64,000 nucleotides of DNA from assembly GCA_965261665.1 (NCBI GenBank), contig OZ253467.1:30582-94581 (forward strand), read 5' to 3'. Numbering within the stretch: position 1 is the stretch's first letter; the number at the start of each line of letters is the position of its first letter. This document shows positions 1 through 8,701 of the stretch, piece after piece. Both the position numbers and the translations under genes were made by a program. This stretch comes from Dehalococcoidia bacterium. Lineage in GTDB: Bacteria > Chloroflexota > Dehalococcoidia > Lucifugimonadales > GCA-2712585. The notes under the pieces are model-generated. The model was given only the letters and a program-made list of their open reading frames with translations. It searched no databases and was not told where the DNA came from.

Positions 1-32
1 TATCCGTAGACGGGCCCGAGCTCAACTCGCGC

Positions 33-1364
33 ATGGTCACGGAGCAGGTGTCCCGTGACTTCTTCTCCGTGACCAAGAGCTACAAAATGGTCATCGCCAT
101 TCTGGGTTCCTTTTTCGCCATCGGCGTAATTGCGCTAATACTTCGCTTTATCGACGGCTACGGGGTGAGTCACCGGGACCAGTGGGGCTACTACTCCGCC
201 ATGTTCGCCTTCCTGCTCATAACCGCCGGTTCTGCCCCGCTGGTGGCCGTTGGGCTGCGCTGGACCAAGAACCACTGGCGCCGGCCCTTCTCCCGAGTCT
301 CGGAACTCTACGCCGTGGTGGGGCTTTTCACCCTCCTATGGTTCCTGCCCCTTATGGCCCTGCTTCCCTCTCTGGAAGGCCGCAGGAGCCTCTGGGTTTC
401 AGAGAAATTCATTGGCGTCCCTCTCTGGTGGGATTTTTTCGCCGTCCTCGGACTCGTCGTCTGCGGGCTCGGCCTCCTGGTGCTCTCCGCCATTCCCGAC
501 ATGGCCGTTCTCGCTCGCCAGGGCGACGACGGGCCCCGCACCCGGTTCCTACGAAGCTTCACAGGCTTCTGGCGCGGGACTCAGGCCCAGTGGAACTACC
601 ACCGCATCGGCCTCACCGCCTTGGGGGCCTTCTATTTCATGCTGTTAATCATGGTGCAGACCATGATTAACGTAGACTTCGTTATGTCTCTTGTACCGGG
701 CTGGAAGGACTCCATCATGCCAGCCCACCAAGCCCTCACCGGCATACAGACGGCCGTAGGTCTGGTCCTCGTGACCACCTTCATTCTGCGGGCCACCGGA
801 CGATACAAGGACTTCATACCCATGGAGTCCTTCTGGTCATTCAGCAAGATTCTGCTGGCTCTCTGCCTCCTCTGGGCCTACTTCTGGTTCGCCGCCTTCA
901 TAACCTTCTGGTACGGGCGCACCCCCACGGAGCAGAACATACTCAGGACCTTCATGTTCGAGTCCTACCGCATTCCGTTCCTGCTGAACTTCTTCTTCAG
1001 CTTCCTCATACCCTTCCTGATGCTCATCTGGAATCCGGTGCGAAAGAGCATTCTTGGCCCAACCCTGGCAGGAGCCTCCGTGCTCATCGGGGCCTTCTTT
1101 ATGACTATCCGCCTCTACGTGCCCGCTTTCGGCATTGAAGACGTAACCGGCCATACCCTCGAAGCGGTGCAGCTGCCCATCCTCCCAGACGTACTGGACA
1201 TATTCATTATGATTGGCGGACTGGCGGGAGCGGCCCTCATATACCTGCTGGCCTCAAAGATTTTCCCCATCCTGTCCATATGGGAAGTGAAGGAGGGCCT
1301 GCTCTACCAGCGAGTGCGTCCCTTCCTGCGAAGCCGATACCTGGTGCTGGGCAAGCCTGAATAG
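33..1364 (+). CDS. NrfD/PsrC-family polytopic membrane subunit (ActF-like) of an alternative-complex-III-type quinol oxidoreductase
   Basis: 443-aa hydrophobic ORF with many TM helices. A second NrfD-like gene follows 15 nt later, then ActD/ActE-like genes. Confidence 0.6.
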   Translation: MVTEQVSRDFFSVTKSYKMVIAILGSFFAIGVIALILRFIDGYGVSHRDQWGYYSAMFAFLLITAGSAPLVAVGLRWTKNHWRRPFSRVSELYAVVGLFTLLWFLPLMALLPSLEGRRSLWVSEKFIGVPLWWDFFAVLGLVVCGLGLLVLSAIPDMAVLARQGDDGPRTRFLRSFTGFWRGTQAQWNYHRIGLTALGAFYFMLLIMVQTMINVDFVMSLVPGWKDSIMPAHQALTGIQTAVGLVLVTTFILRATGRYKDFIPMESFWSFSKILLALCLLWAYFWFAAFITFWYGRTPTEQNILRTFMFESYRIPFLLNFFFSFLIPFLMLIWNPVRKSILGPTLAGASVLIGAFFMTIRLYVPAFGIEDVTGHTLEAVQLPILPDVLDIFIMIGGLAGAALIYLLASKIFPILSIWEVKEGLLYQRVRPFLRSRYLVLGKPE

Positions 1365-1379
1365 GAATTAGGAGCCAAG

Positions 1380-2756
1380 TTGCAAGAAGGTAAGATCCTA
1401 GGCCACAGGCGGATAAACCGGGACCTGCTCCGGGGCCTCTTCGAGAACCCGGTGAAGTACTGGGCAATCGTCCTATTCCTCGGATTGGTGGTTTTTGTCG
1501 CCGTCATAGCCGCCGGATTCATGGTCAACCGCGGCATCGGCGTCACCGGCCTCAACCGGCCCGTATTCTGGGGCTTCTTCATCACCAACTTCGTCTTCTG
1601 GATAGGCATAAGCCACGCCGGAGTCATGCTCTCTGCCATCCTGCGGCTATCAAAGGCTGAATGGCGTCGCCCGGCCACCCGGGCCGCCGAGGTTCTGACT
1701 ATTTTTTCCCTTATGACCGCCGTGCTTATGCCCTTCATTCACACCGGACGGCCCTGGCGGCTCATGTACTGGGTTTTCCCCTACGACTTCTCCCGCGGAC
1801 TCTGGCCCGACATCCGCTCCCCCCTGGTGTGGGACCCCTCCGCCGTTAACACCTACCTGATTTCCAGCATACTCTTCGTCTTCGTAGCCCTCGTCCCTGA
1901 CATGGCCGTCATCAGAGACAGGAGCTCCGGCATCCGACGCATAGCCTACTCCGTCCTGTCGTTGGGCTGGCGCGGCACCCCCCGCCAATGGAAGCTTCAG
2001 GCAATCGCCGGCATCCTGCTTTCGGCGCTCATTCTCCCTGTCTTCGTCTCCGTGCACAGCATAGTCTCCTGGGACTTCGGCATGGCCGTGTCCGTCAATA
2101 GCTGGCACTCAACTATTTTCGCCCCCTACTTCGTCATTGGCGCCGTCCACTCCGGCGTCTCCGGCGTTGTAACCGTTATGATATTCATGCGATGGCTCTT
2201 TGGATGGGAGGACTACGTCCGCAGGGAACACATCGACGCTTTGGGCCGGCTGCTCATCGTCATCGCCATCGCCTGGTTCTACTTCTTTGCCATGGAGTTC
2301 CTCTTCGGCATCTATGGACAGGAAGGGGACGAACTAGCCACGCGAACCCTCCAGATCTTCACCCCTCCCTGGGGTTGGCTCTTCCTTACATTCATAATCA
2401 CTGCCTTCTTCTTCCCCGTTCCCCTGTGGCTGTTCCGCAACGTCCGACGCAGCTTCCTACTAATGACGATAACCACCATCTCCGTCAACATTGGCATGTG
2501 GCTGGAGAGGTTCATAATCATCGTGCCGGGACTGGCCCGAAAGCAGCTATTTACCCAATCCTGGTATACCTACGCCCCAAGCCCCATAGAGATAATGATC
2601 GTGGTGGGGACCTTTGCGATGGTGCTCATGCTCTTCCTGATATTCGCCAAGGTCTTCCCGCTGATACCCATATTTGACGTGAAGGAAGGGCAGATACTCG
2701 CCGACGAAATCAAGGTTGGACGCAGGCGCGTCCCCGCCGTAATCAGAGAAGAGTAG
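1380..2756 (+). CDS. actC: NrfD-family quinol-interacting membrane subunit, ActC-like
   Basis: 458 aa. Contains the ActC-typical stretch FWGFFITNFVFWIGISHAGVMLSAILRL. TTG start with GGAG 5 nt upstream. Confidence 0.65.
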   Translation: MQEGKILGHRRINRDLLRGLFENPVKYWAIVLFLGLVVFVAVIAAGFMVNRGIGVTGLNRPVFWGFFITNFVFWIGISHAGVMLSAILRLSKAEWRRPATRAAEVLTIFSLMTAVLMPFIHTGRPWRLMYWVFPYDFSRGLWPDIRSPLVWDPSAVNTYLISSILFVFVALVPDMAVIRDRSSGIRRIAYSVLSLGWRGTPRQWKLQAIAGILLSALILPVFVSVHSIVSWDFGMAVSVNSWHSTIFAPYFVIGAVHSGVSGVVTVMIFMRWLFGWEDYVRREHIDALGRLLIVIAIAWFYFFAMEFLFGIYGQEGDELATRTLQIFTPPWGWLFLTFIITAFFFPVPLWLFRNVRRSFLLMTITTISVNIGMWLERFIIIVPGLARKQLFTQSWYTYAPSPIEIMIVVGTFAMVLMLFLIFAKVFPLIPIFDVKEGQILADEIKVGRRRVPAVIREE

Positions 2757-2775
2757 AATCGCCCGAGGTGCATTA

Positions 2776-3288
2776 ATGACAACGCAATCCGTCCTGGCCC
2801 TCTACTCCAACGCCGAATACGCCGCCGAAGCCGGCGAGGCGCTGGATAAGGCCGGGTTCTCCAACGAGGACTACGATTTCCTCACCGACACCCCCTATCC
2901 GGAAGGGGCCCTTGGCGAGCGGCATAACAGCCACAGGCTCTACGTCTTCCCGTTCGTCGGCGCCCTCATCGGACTCACGGCCGCCATACTACTCACCACC
3001 GGCACCCAGATTGCCTACCCCCTCGTTACCGGCGGCAAGCCTATCCTATCCCTCCCTCCCATGGCCATCATCAGCTACGAAGGCACCATGCTTGGAGCCA
3101 TTCTATTCACCGTTATCGGCATCATCTTCGAATCGAGGCTGCCCACCGTCAAGAAGCACATCTACGATGACCGAATTACGGAGGGCTTCATCGGCCTCGT
3201 CGTCGACTGCGAAGACGATAACGTCGACCGGGCGGAGCAGATTCTCACCCAGGCCGGGGCCGAAGAGGTCCGACGGGAAGCCGCATGA
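2776..3288 (+). CDS. actD: ActD-like small membrane subunit (DUF3341-type)
   Basis: 170 aa: soluble N-terminus, two TM helices, acidic C-terminal domain. Its position between the ActC-like and cytochrome c genes fits ActD. Overlaps the next gene by ATGA. Confidence 0.55.
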   Translation: MTTQSVLALYSNAEYAAEAGEALDKAGFSNEDYDFLTDTPYPEGALGERHNSHRLYVFPFVGALIGLTAAILLTTGTQIAYPLVTGGKPILSLPPMAIISYEGTMLGAILFTVIGIIFESRLPTVKKHIYDDRITEGFIGLVVDCEDDNVDRAEQILTQAGAEEVRREAA

Positions 3289-3908
3289 TGCTGAGACCCA
3301 TACTGGGCATTGGAGAACGCCTACGCCGCCGGCTGTCGTTGACGGCGGTGCGGTTCGGGCTGTTGCTTGTTATGGCAGCACTGTTCAGCATTGGCTGCGC
3401 CAACGGAAGTTATCCCATAGACATCTTCTACGAGATGCACTACCAGCCCTCCCACCATTCCCAGCAGCCGCCCCGCCTGATGCCCGCCGCCGGCGCCGTG
3501 CCCGTAACCGGCAAGGAAGTGCCCCTCAACACCCAGGTGCACCCTGACGCGATCGACAGCATCGCCAACCCCATGCCAGAGGTGGGCGTCGACGAAGGCG
3601 CTAAGCTCTTCGCCATAAACTGCTCCATGTGTCACGGCATGGAGGGATTGGGAGACGGACAGGTGCTCCAGACCATGACAGAAGATTACGGCTACACGCC
3701 CAAGCTCAACGTCAACCTCACGCTCGTAAACATCTTTGGATATTCCGACGGACTCCTCTACGCGATGATTACCAACCGGGACCTTCGCCCGGAAATCGCC
3801 TCCCTGGAACCCGGTACGAGCGTCGTGATGCCCCAGTTCGAAAAGCTGCTCACCTCCGAGGAGCGGTGGATGCTGGTCAACTACCTGAAGACCCTTGGAG
3901 GGCCCTAA
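3285..3908 (+). CDS. actE: Monohaem cytochrome c lipoprotein, ActE-like
   Basis: Single CxxCH haem motif (NCSMCHG). Signal peptide with a Cys (LFSIGCANG). Confidence 0.7.
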   Translation: MMLRPILGIGERLRRRLSLTAVRFGLLLVMAALFSIGCANGSYPIDIFYEMHYQPSHHSQQPPRLMPAAGAVPVTGKEVPLNTQVHPDAIDSIANPMPEVGVDEGAKLFAINCSMCHGMEGLGDGQVLQTMTEDYGYTPKLNVNLTLVNIFGYSDGLLYAMITNRDLRPEIASLEPGTSVVMPQFEKLLTSEERWMLVNYLKTLGGP

Positions 3909-3935
3909 GGGACGCCCCAACCGGCTGGGCCTCTG

Positions 3936-4526
3936 ATGCACCCTCAGCCCTTCGGCCTCCTCAGACTCCTTCTAGCCTCGGCCTGCCTTGTTATGCTCGG
4001 CGCGTTCGTCTCCGCCTGTACCGAAGACCGGCCCTTGACCCTTGAGGAGCGCGCTCAGAGCGTCGACAAACGGCTGATATGTCCCTACTGCCCCGCGGAG
4101 ACCATCGACCAAGCCCAGGTGCCTCAGGCCAAAGAGATGCGCGCCTTTGTGCGTGAGAAGCTGGCCGAAGGCTGGACTGAACAGCAGATTCTTAACTACT
4201 TCTCTGCGCCGGAACGCTACGGCCTGCGGGTCCTTGCGGAGCCGCCCAAATCCGGCCCAACCCTTACAATCTGGCTGCTTCCCCCCGCTGTCTTCCTGCT
4301 GGGTGGCGGCGCTCTCTTCTTCGTTCTCCGCTCCATGAAGAAAGACCCCCCATCCGAATCCGATACACTCTCTGCAGGCACAACGCTGCCCGGCGGGGAA
4401 GACATGGCCGGCTACCTCGAACGGGTGGACGCCGAGATAGCCGCCCGTAGCGGTTCGTCTCCGTCTCGTGGAGGCGAATCTCAAGATCCCGAAAGCCCTC
4501 CCAAATCGGAAGAAAAAAATGGCTGA
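3936..4526 (+). CDS. ccmH: Cytochrome c-type biogenesis protein CcmH/NrfF family
   Basis: Signal sequence, then the CxxC motif RLICPYCPAETIDQ, the ...ILNYF...RYG.. signature and a following TM helix. Confidence 0.75.
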   Translation: MHPQPFGLLRLLLASACLVMLGAFVSACTEDRPLTLEERAQSVDKRLICPYCPAETIDQAQVPQAKEMRAFVREKLAEGWTEQQILNYFSAPERYGLRVLAEPPKSGPTLTIWLLPPAVFLLGGGALFFVLRSMKKDPPSESDTLSAGTTLPGGEDMAGYLERVDAEIAARSGSSPSRGGESQDPESPPKSEEKNG

Positions 4527-6516
4527 GCTTGGACTTATAACCATCCTGCTGGCCCTGGTTCTCGCCATATACTCCATGCTGGCGTCCATTATCGGGGGAA
4601 TGCGAAACCTACCCGCCCTGTCGCAGAGTGGGCGAAACGCCTGCTACCTTGTGGCGCTTATCCTGCTCATATCCTCCTTCAGCCTCGTCGCCGCTTTCCT
4701 GTCCAACAACTTCCAGATCCGCTACGTCTTCGAGCACAGCAACCTGGCCATGCCCCGCATCTACACCTGGGTGGCCATCTACGCCGGCAACGAAGGCTCG
4801 CTTCTTTTCATAGCCACCGTGTTCTCAATCCTGGCCGCCCTTGCCGTAGCCTTCTCACCCCGCCGATTCCGCCCCAGCCTCCCATACGCCAACGCCGTCC
4901 TCATGATCATCATGGTCTTCTTCCTCTCCGTCATGGCATCCCTGGCCAACCCCTTCGTGACATTCGACTTCATGCCCGCCGACGGTCGAGGAATCAACCC
5001 GCTGCTGGTACATCCGGGGATGTTCGCCCACCCGCCCATACTCATGACAGGACTGGTGATGGTGAGCATCCCCTTCGCCTTCGCCGTGGGTGCGCTTCTG
5101 TCAAAGCAGGTGGTCGACCAGTGGGTAGACGTGGCCCGCGTCTGGGGCCTTCTCGCCTGGGTGACTCTAGGCACCGGCCTGCTGCTCGGCTCCTGGTGGG
5201 CCTACACCATCCTGGGTTGGGGCGGTTACTGGGCCTGGGACCCCGTCGAAAACGCCGGACTCATGCCCTGGCTTGGCCTCACCGCCTTCATCCATTCCAT
5301 CATGGTGCAGAAGCGGCAGGGCATGTTCCGAATGTGGAACCTGGCCCTCATAAACATCACCTTCGGCCTCTCCCTCTTCGGAATGTTCATCAACCGGGGC
5401 GGCCCGGTGCCCTCCGTCCACTCCTTCGCCGCCTCCTCCCTGGGCTGGGTGTTCCTCACCTTCATGATAGTCGGCACCATCGCCCCCTTCCTCCTCTTCT
5501 TCATACGATACAACCTGATAAAGAGCGCCCGCCCCCTGGAGTCCAGCCTCTCCAGAGAGGCCGCTTTCCTGGTCAACAACCTGCTGCTCCTGGGCGTCGC
5601 TTTCGTCACCCTCTGGGGCGTCGTCTACCCCCTCGTGTCGGAGGTCTTCTCCGGCTTCACCGTCACCGTTGGAGAACCCTTCTACAACCAGGTCAACGGC
5701 CATATCTTCCTCGGCCTCATGTTCCTGATGGGAGTTGGCCCGCTGCTGCCCTGGCGACGCGCCGGAGGCCGTGCCTTCAAGCGGACCCTCCTCTACCCCG
5801 CCCTGGCCGCGGTGGCAACCCTGGCGGTTCTCGCCCTTGTGGGCGTACGAAACCCCTACGCCCTCGCCGCCTTCACCCTCTTTGCCCTGGTGGCGGCGGG
5901 AATCTTCCAGGAGTGGTACCGCGGCACCAGGGTCAGGCACACGCGGGGCGAAAGCTACCCTCTGGCTTTCCTCAAGCTCATGGCCTCCAACCGCCCCCGC
6001 TATGGCGGCTACGTGGTGCATCTGGCGGTCGTCGTCCTGGGCGTAGGTATCGTCGGTTCCTCCTTCTACGGCACCCAGCGGGACGTGCTTTTGTCGCCGG
6101 GCCAGACCGTCACCGTTGAGGGCTACGACATCACCTACCTCAATTCCCGCACCGTCCAGCAGACGGACCGGCGCGAATCTTTCTATACCCTCGACGTATC
6201 ACGAGGGGACAAGTACGTGGGCAAACTGGAAGCAGAGCGCACCTTCTACCCCGACTTCAACATCAGCGCCACCCGCGCCGGCATCCGCTCAACTCCTGTG
6301 GAAGACCTCTACGTGGTCCCCAGCGAGGCGCGAGAAGGAGATCCCAGCATCGGGTTCCGCATATTCGTCAACCCACTGGTGTGGTGGATGTGGCTGGCTG
6401 GCCCCATAATGATTGCGGGAACTGCCGTGGCCCTCTGGCCCTCCCGCAGCTCCTCCCCACCACCAACGCCTCCAGCCCCTTCTTCCGCCCTTCGCTCTAA
6501 GGCCCCCGTCCGATGA
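4519..6516 (+). CDS. ccmF: Cytochrome c haem lyase subunit CcmF
   Basis: WWD motif (LGWGGYWAWDPVENAGLMPWL) in a large polytopic protein. I chose ATG 4519 (MAELGLITILL), which overlaps the ccmH stop as ATGGCTGA. The track start is 4468. Confidence 0.85.
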   Translation: MAELGLITILLALVLAIYSMLASIIGGMRNLPALSQSGRNACYLVALILLISSFSLVAAFLSNNFQIRYVFEHSNLAMPRIYTWVAIYAGNEGSLLFIATVFSILAALAVAFSPRRFRPSLPYANAVLMIIMVFFLSVMASLANPFVTFDFMPADGRGINPLLVHPGMFAHPPILMTGLVMVSIPFAFAVGALLSKQVVDQWVDVARVWGLLAWVTLGTGLLLGSWWAYTILGWGGYWAWDPVENAGLMPWLGLTAFIHSIMVQKRQGMFRMWNLALINITFGLSLFGMFINRGGPVPSVHSFAASSLGWVFLTFMIVGTIAPFLLFFIRYNLIKSARPLESSLSREAAFLVNNLLLLGVAFVTLWGVVYPLVSEVFSGFTVTVGEPFYNQVNGHIFLGLMFLMGVGPLLPWRRAGGRAFKRTLLYPALAAVATLAVLALVGVRNPYALAAFTLFALVAAGIFQEWYRGTRVRHTRGESYPLAFLKLMASNRPRYGGYVVHLAVVVLGVGIVGSSFYGTQRDVLLSPGQTVTVEGYDITYLNSRTVQQTDRRESFYTLDVSRGDKYVGKLEAERTFYPDFNISATRAGIRSTPVEDLYVVPSEAREGDPSIGFRIFVNPLVWWMWLAGPIMIAGTAVALWPSRSSSPPPTPPAPSSALRSKAPVR

Positions 6517-6574
6517 ATCCGCTCCACATCCTTCCGGTCCACGACTCGATGATTTCTCTGAGGAGACAGTCCAA

Positions 6575-6958
6575 GTGCACTACCTGATAGCCCTGATGCT
6601 GGCCTTCCTCAGCCTGCTGGTAGTCTCCTATCCCCTCTTGAAAACTCGAGAGCGCGGGGGCCAATCCAAAGCTTTATCGAACGCCAAAGAACGGCTGGGC
6701 AGGAAAGTTGAAGACGCCTTCGACGACATCGACCGGCTCCAGATGGAGTTTGAGTTGGGGGTTATCGAACGCCAGGAGTACCAGCAGCAGATGGACGATC
6801 TCCGACGCGTCGCTGCCGTAAGCCTTCATGCCTACGAGGAGGAAGCCCAAGGAGGAATCGACGGAGCGCCCACTCTCAAAGATCGGGATGACCTGCTGGA
6901 AGAGCGCATCCGGATTCGCCGCCTCGCCCAACGTAGCCAAGACAGCGATTCTTCGTGA
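6575..6958 (+). CDS. Hypothetical single-pass membrane protein with a SHOCT-like helical motif
   Basis: GTG start with GAGGAGA 8 nt upstream. N-terminal TM (LIALMLAFLSLLVVSYPLL), then a charged coiled region with EFELGVIERQEYQQQMDDLRR. The track ORF start at 6413 overlaps the ccmF end and is unlikely. Confidence 0.45.
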   Translation: MHYLIALMLAFLSLLVVSYPLLKTRERGGQSKALSNAKERLGRKVEDAFDDIDRLQMEFELGVIERQEYQQQMDDLRRVAAVSLHAYEEEAQGGIDGAPTLKDRDDLLEERIRIRRLAQRSQDSDSS

Positions 6959-8124
6959 GCAAGCTGCGCCTCACCCTTCCCTTCCTGTTGGTTCTGACGG
7001 CGGTCGCAATCCTGTATTCACCTTACGCCGCCGCTCAGAACCCCACTGAATTTACCGGCCGCGTCATTAACCTCTCCGCCGACGGGCAGTCACCCGTTGG
7101 ACTGGAGGTGATTCTCCACGTCTTCACTCCCAGCGGTGGCGTCGATACCAGGACTGCCGTCACCGATACCGATGGCGCCTTTGCCTTTGTAGACGTTCCT
7201 TCCGAGCCCAACGTCCGCTACGCCCTCTCCGCCACCTACAGAGACATCACCTACGGCGTCGAGCCGGAGAACCTTCAAACCCCCGTGGTCCTGGGCGTGT
7301 ACGAGACCACCAGCGACCTGGCGGCCCTGAACATCGACTCCCACATCCTGATAGTCCGAGGTGCGGACCCCAAAGAAAACCTGGTCTCGGCGGCGGAGGT
7401 AGTGCTTGTTTCCAACATCAAGGACCGTGCCTTCCAGCCCATCCTGCAGCCAGCCTCCGCTATGAACTTCCTCCGATTTACCGTACCTATCGGAACTTCC
7501 GGCCTTCAAGTCCAGTCAGACCTGCCCAGCGGCGACGTCATGGACGTGGGCACCGGCTTCGGCCTCACCGCAGCCGTGCTCCCTGGCTCCCACCAGGTCT
7601 CCTTCAACTACACCTTTCCCTACGAAGGGGGCAGCGCCTCCTTCTCCCCAACCTTCCTCCAGGGCGCTTCCATCTTCCGCATCCTCATCCCGGAGGGTTT
7701 GGGAGAGGCCTCCGGGACAGGGCTGACCGAAGCGCAGACTACCAGCATCGGCGACGAAACCTACCGGGTGTGGAGCGTTCCAAACCTGACCTCCCGCACG
7801 TCCCTGAGCATCGAACTAACAGGTCTGCCGCAACCCTCCCTATGGCAGCGTAGCGTCAACGCCGTCGAAGAGAACCACCTGCTGGTCATCGGCATACCCT
7901 CGCTAGTCGCCGCCGCCCTGTTAATCATTCTTTTCAACAGCCTCCGCCGCCGTGCGTCAATCGCCGCATCAACCGCTAACCCACAGGGACTGATTGAAGA
8001 GATTGCCCGGCTCGATAATCTACACGAAGATGGCCGGTTGGACGAATCGGAGTACCGGCAACGGCGGGAGGGGCTTAAGCAAAGACTGCGAAGTGCGATA
8101 GAATACGAAGAACCCCCACCTTAG
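6955..8124 (+). CDS. Secreted, C-terminally anchored protein with a CarboxypepD_reg-like beta-sandwich and a SHOCT-like tail
   Basis: Signal peptide (LPFLLVLTAVAILYSPYAAAQ). Motif GRVINLSADGQSP..TDTDGAFAFVDVP. C-terminal TM, then LHEDGRLDESEYRQRREGLKQRL. GTGA overlap with the upstream gene. Confidence 0.55.
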   Translation: MSKLRLTLPFLLVLTAVAILYSPYAAAQNPTEFTGRVINLSADGQSPVGLEVILHVFTPSGGVDTRTAVTDTDGAFAFVDVPSEPNVRYALSATYRDITYGVEPENLQTPVVLGVYETTSDLAALNIDSHILIVRGADPKENLVSAAEVVLVSNIKDRAFQPILQPASAMNFLRFTVPIGTSGLQVQSDLPSGDVMDVGTGFGLTAAVLPGSHQVSFNYTFPYEGGSASFSPTFLQGASIFRILIPEGLGEASGTGLTEAQTTSIGDETYRVWSVPNLTSRTSLSIELTGLPQPSLWQRSVNAVEENHLLVIGIPSLVAAALLIILFNSLRRRASIAASTANPQGLIEEIARLDNLHEDGRLDESEYRQRREGLKQRLRSAIEYEEPPP

Positions 8125-8242
8125 GAGAAGTCTTCTGACAACCCGCCAGAAATGGATCCTGATCTTAGCCGCGACGCCCGCCATCGCCCTCTTTGCCCTG
8201 CTGGGCTGGGCCCTCGTCCGCAGCGGCGGCAATCCCGGCGGC

Positions 8243-8701
8243 TTGGGCGTCAACGCTCAACTGGGCGAAAAGCCGACGGCCAGCCGCCAAGCCGGCCTCT
8301 TCTCCCTTCCCACCCTTGACGGGAACGCCACCCTCTCCCTGGAAGACTATCGCGGCAAGGTGGTCATGCTGGACTTCTGGAGCTCCTGGTGCCCGCCCTG
8401 CCGCGTCGAAGCCCCCGTGCTCTCTCAAGTCTACCGGGAGTACACCGGCCAACCCGTAGAGTTCATCGGCATCGCCATCTGGGACGACGAGGACGCCATT
8501 CGCGTCTTCGCCGACGAGTTCCAAGTCACCTACCCTCTGGTCGTGGACACGAAAGGACGAGTTGCCCTGGACTACGGTGTTTCCGGCATCCCCGAGAAGT
8601 TTTTCATCGACGAAACCGGTGCCTTGCAGCGAAGCTTCGTCGGCCCCATGAGCCCCGAGGCCCTGCGCAACATCCTTGACGAGATGCTAGACCATGAATG
8701 A
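8243..8701 (+). CDS. TlpA/ResA/CcmG-like thiol:disulfide oxidoreductase (thioredoxin fold)
   Basis: WSSWCPPCRVEAP active site and the GIP cis-Pro loop. The membrane anchor lies upstream of the first canonical start (see finding), so the true start may be near 8135. Confidence 0.8.
   Translation: MGVNAQLGEKPTASRQAGLFSLPTLDGNATLSLEDYRGKVVMLDFWSSWCPPCRVEAPVLSQVYREYTGQPVEFIGIAIWDDEDAIRVFADEFQVTYPLVVDTKGRVALDYGVSGIPEKFFIDETGALQRSFVGPMSPEALRNILDEMLDHE

Noticed and set aside
182-6119. Numerous long alternative-frame and antisense ORFs rich in Arg/Pro/Gly/Ala, for example 182..670, 3321..3941, 3972..4589, 5121..6119 and 5167..6021. The same kind occurs elsewhere: 8724..9872, 15615..16595, 31512..32177, 45500..46444, 47424..48209.
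   Set aside because: They overlap better-supported genes with recognisable motifs, and their composition is what high-GC DNA gives in off-frames. I see no independent evidence for overlapping genes.
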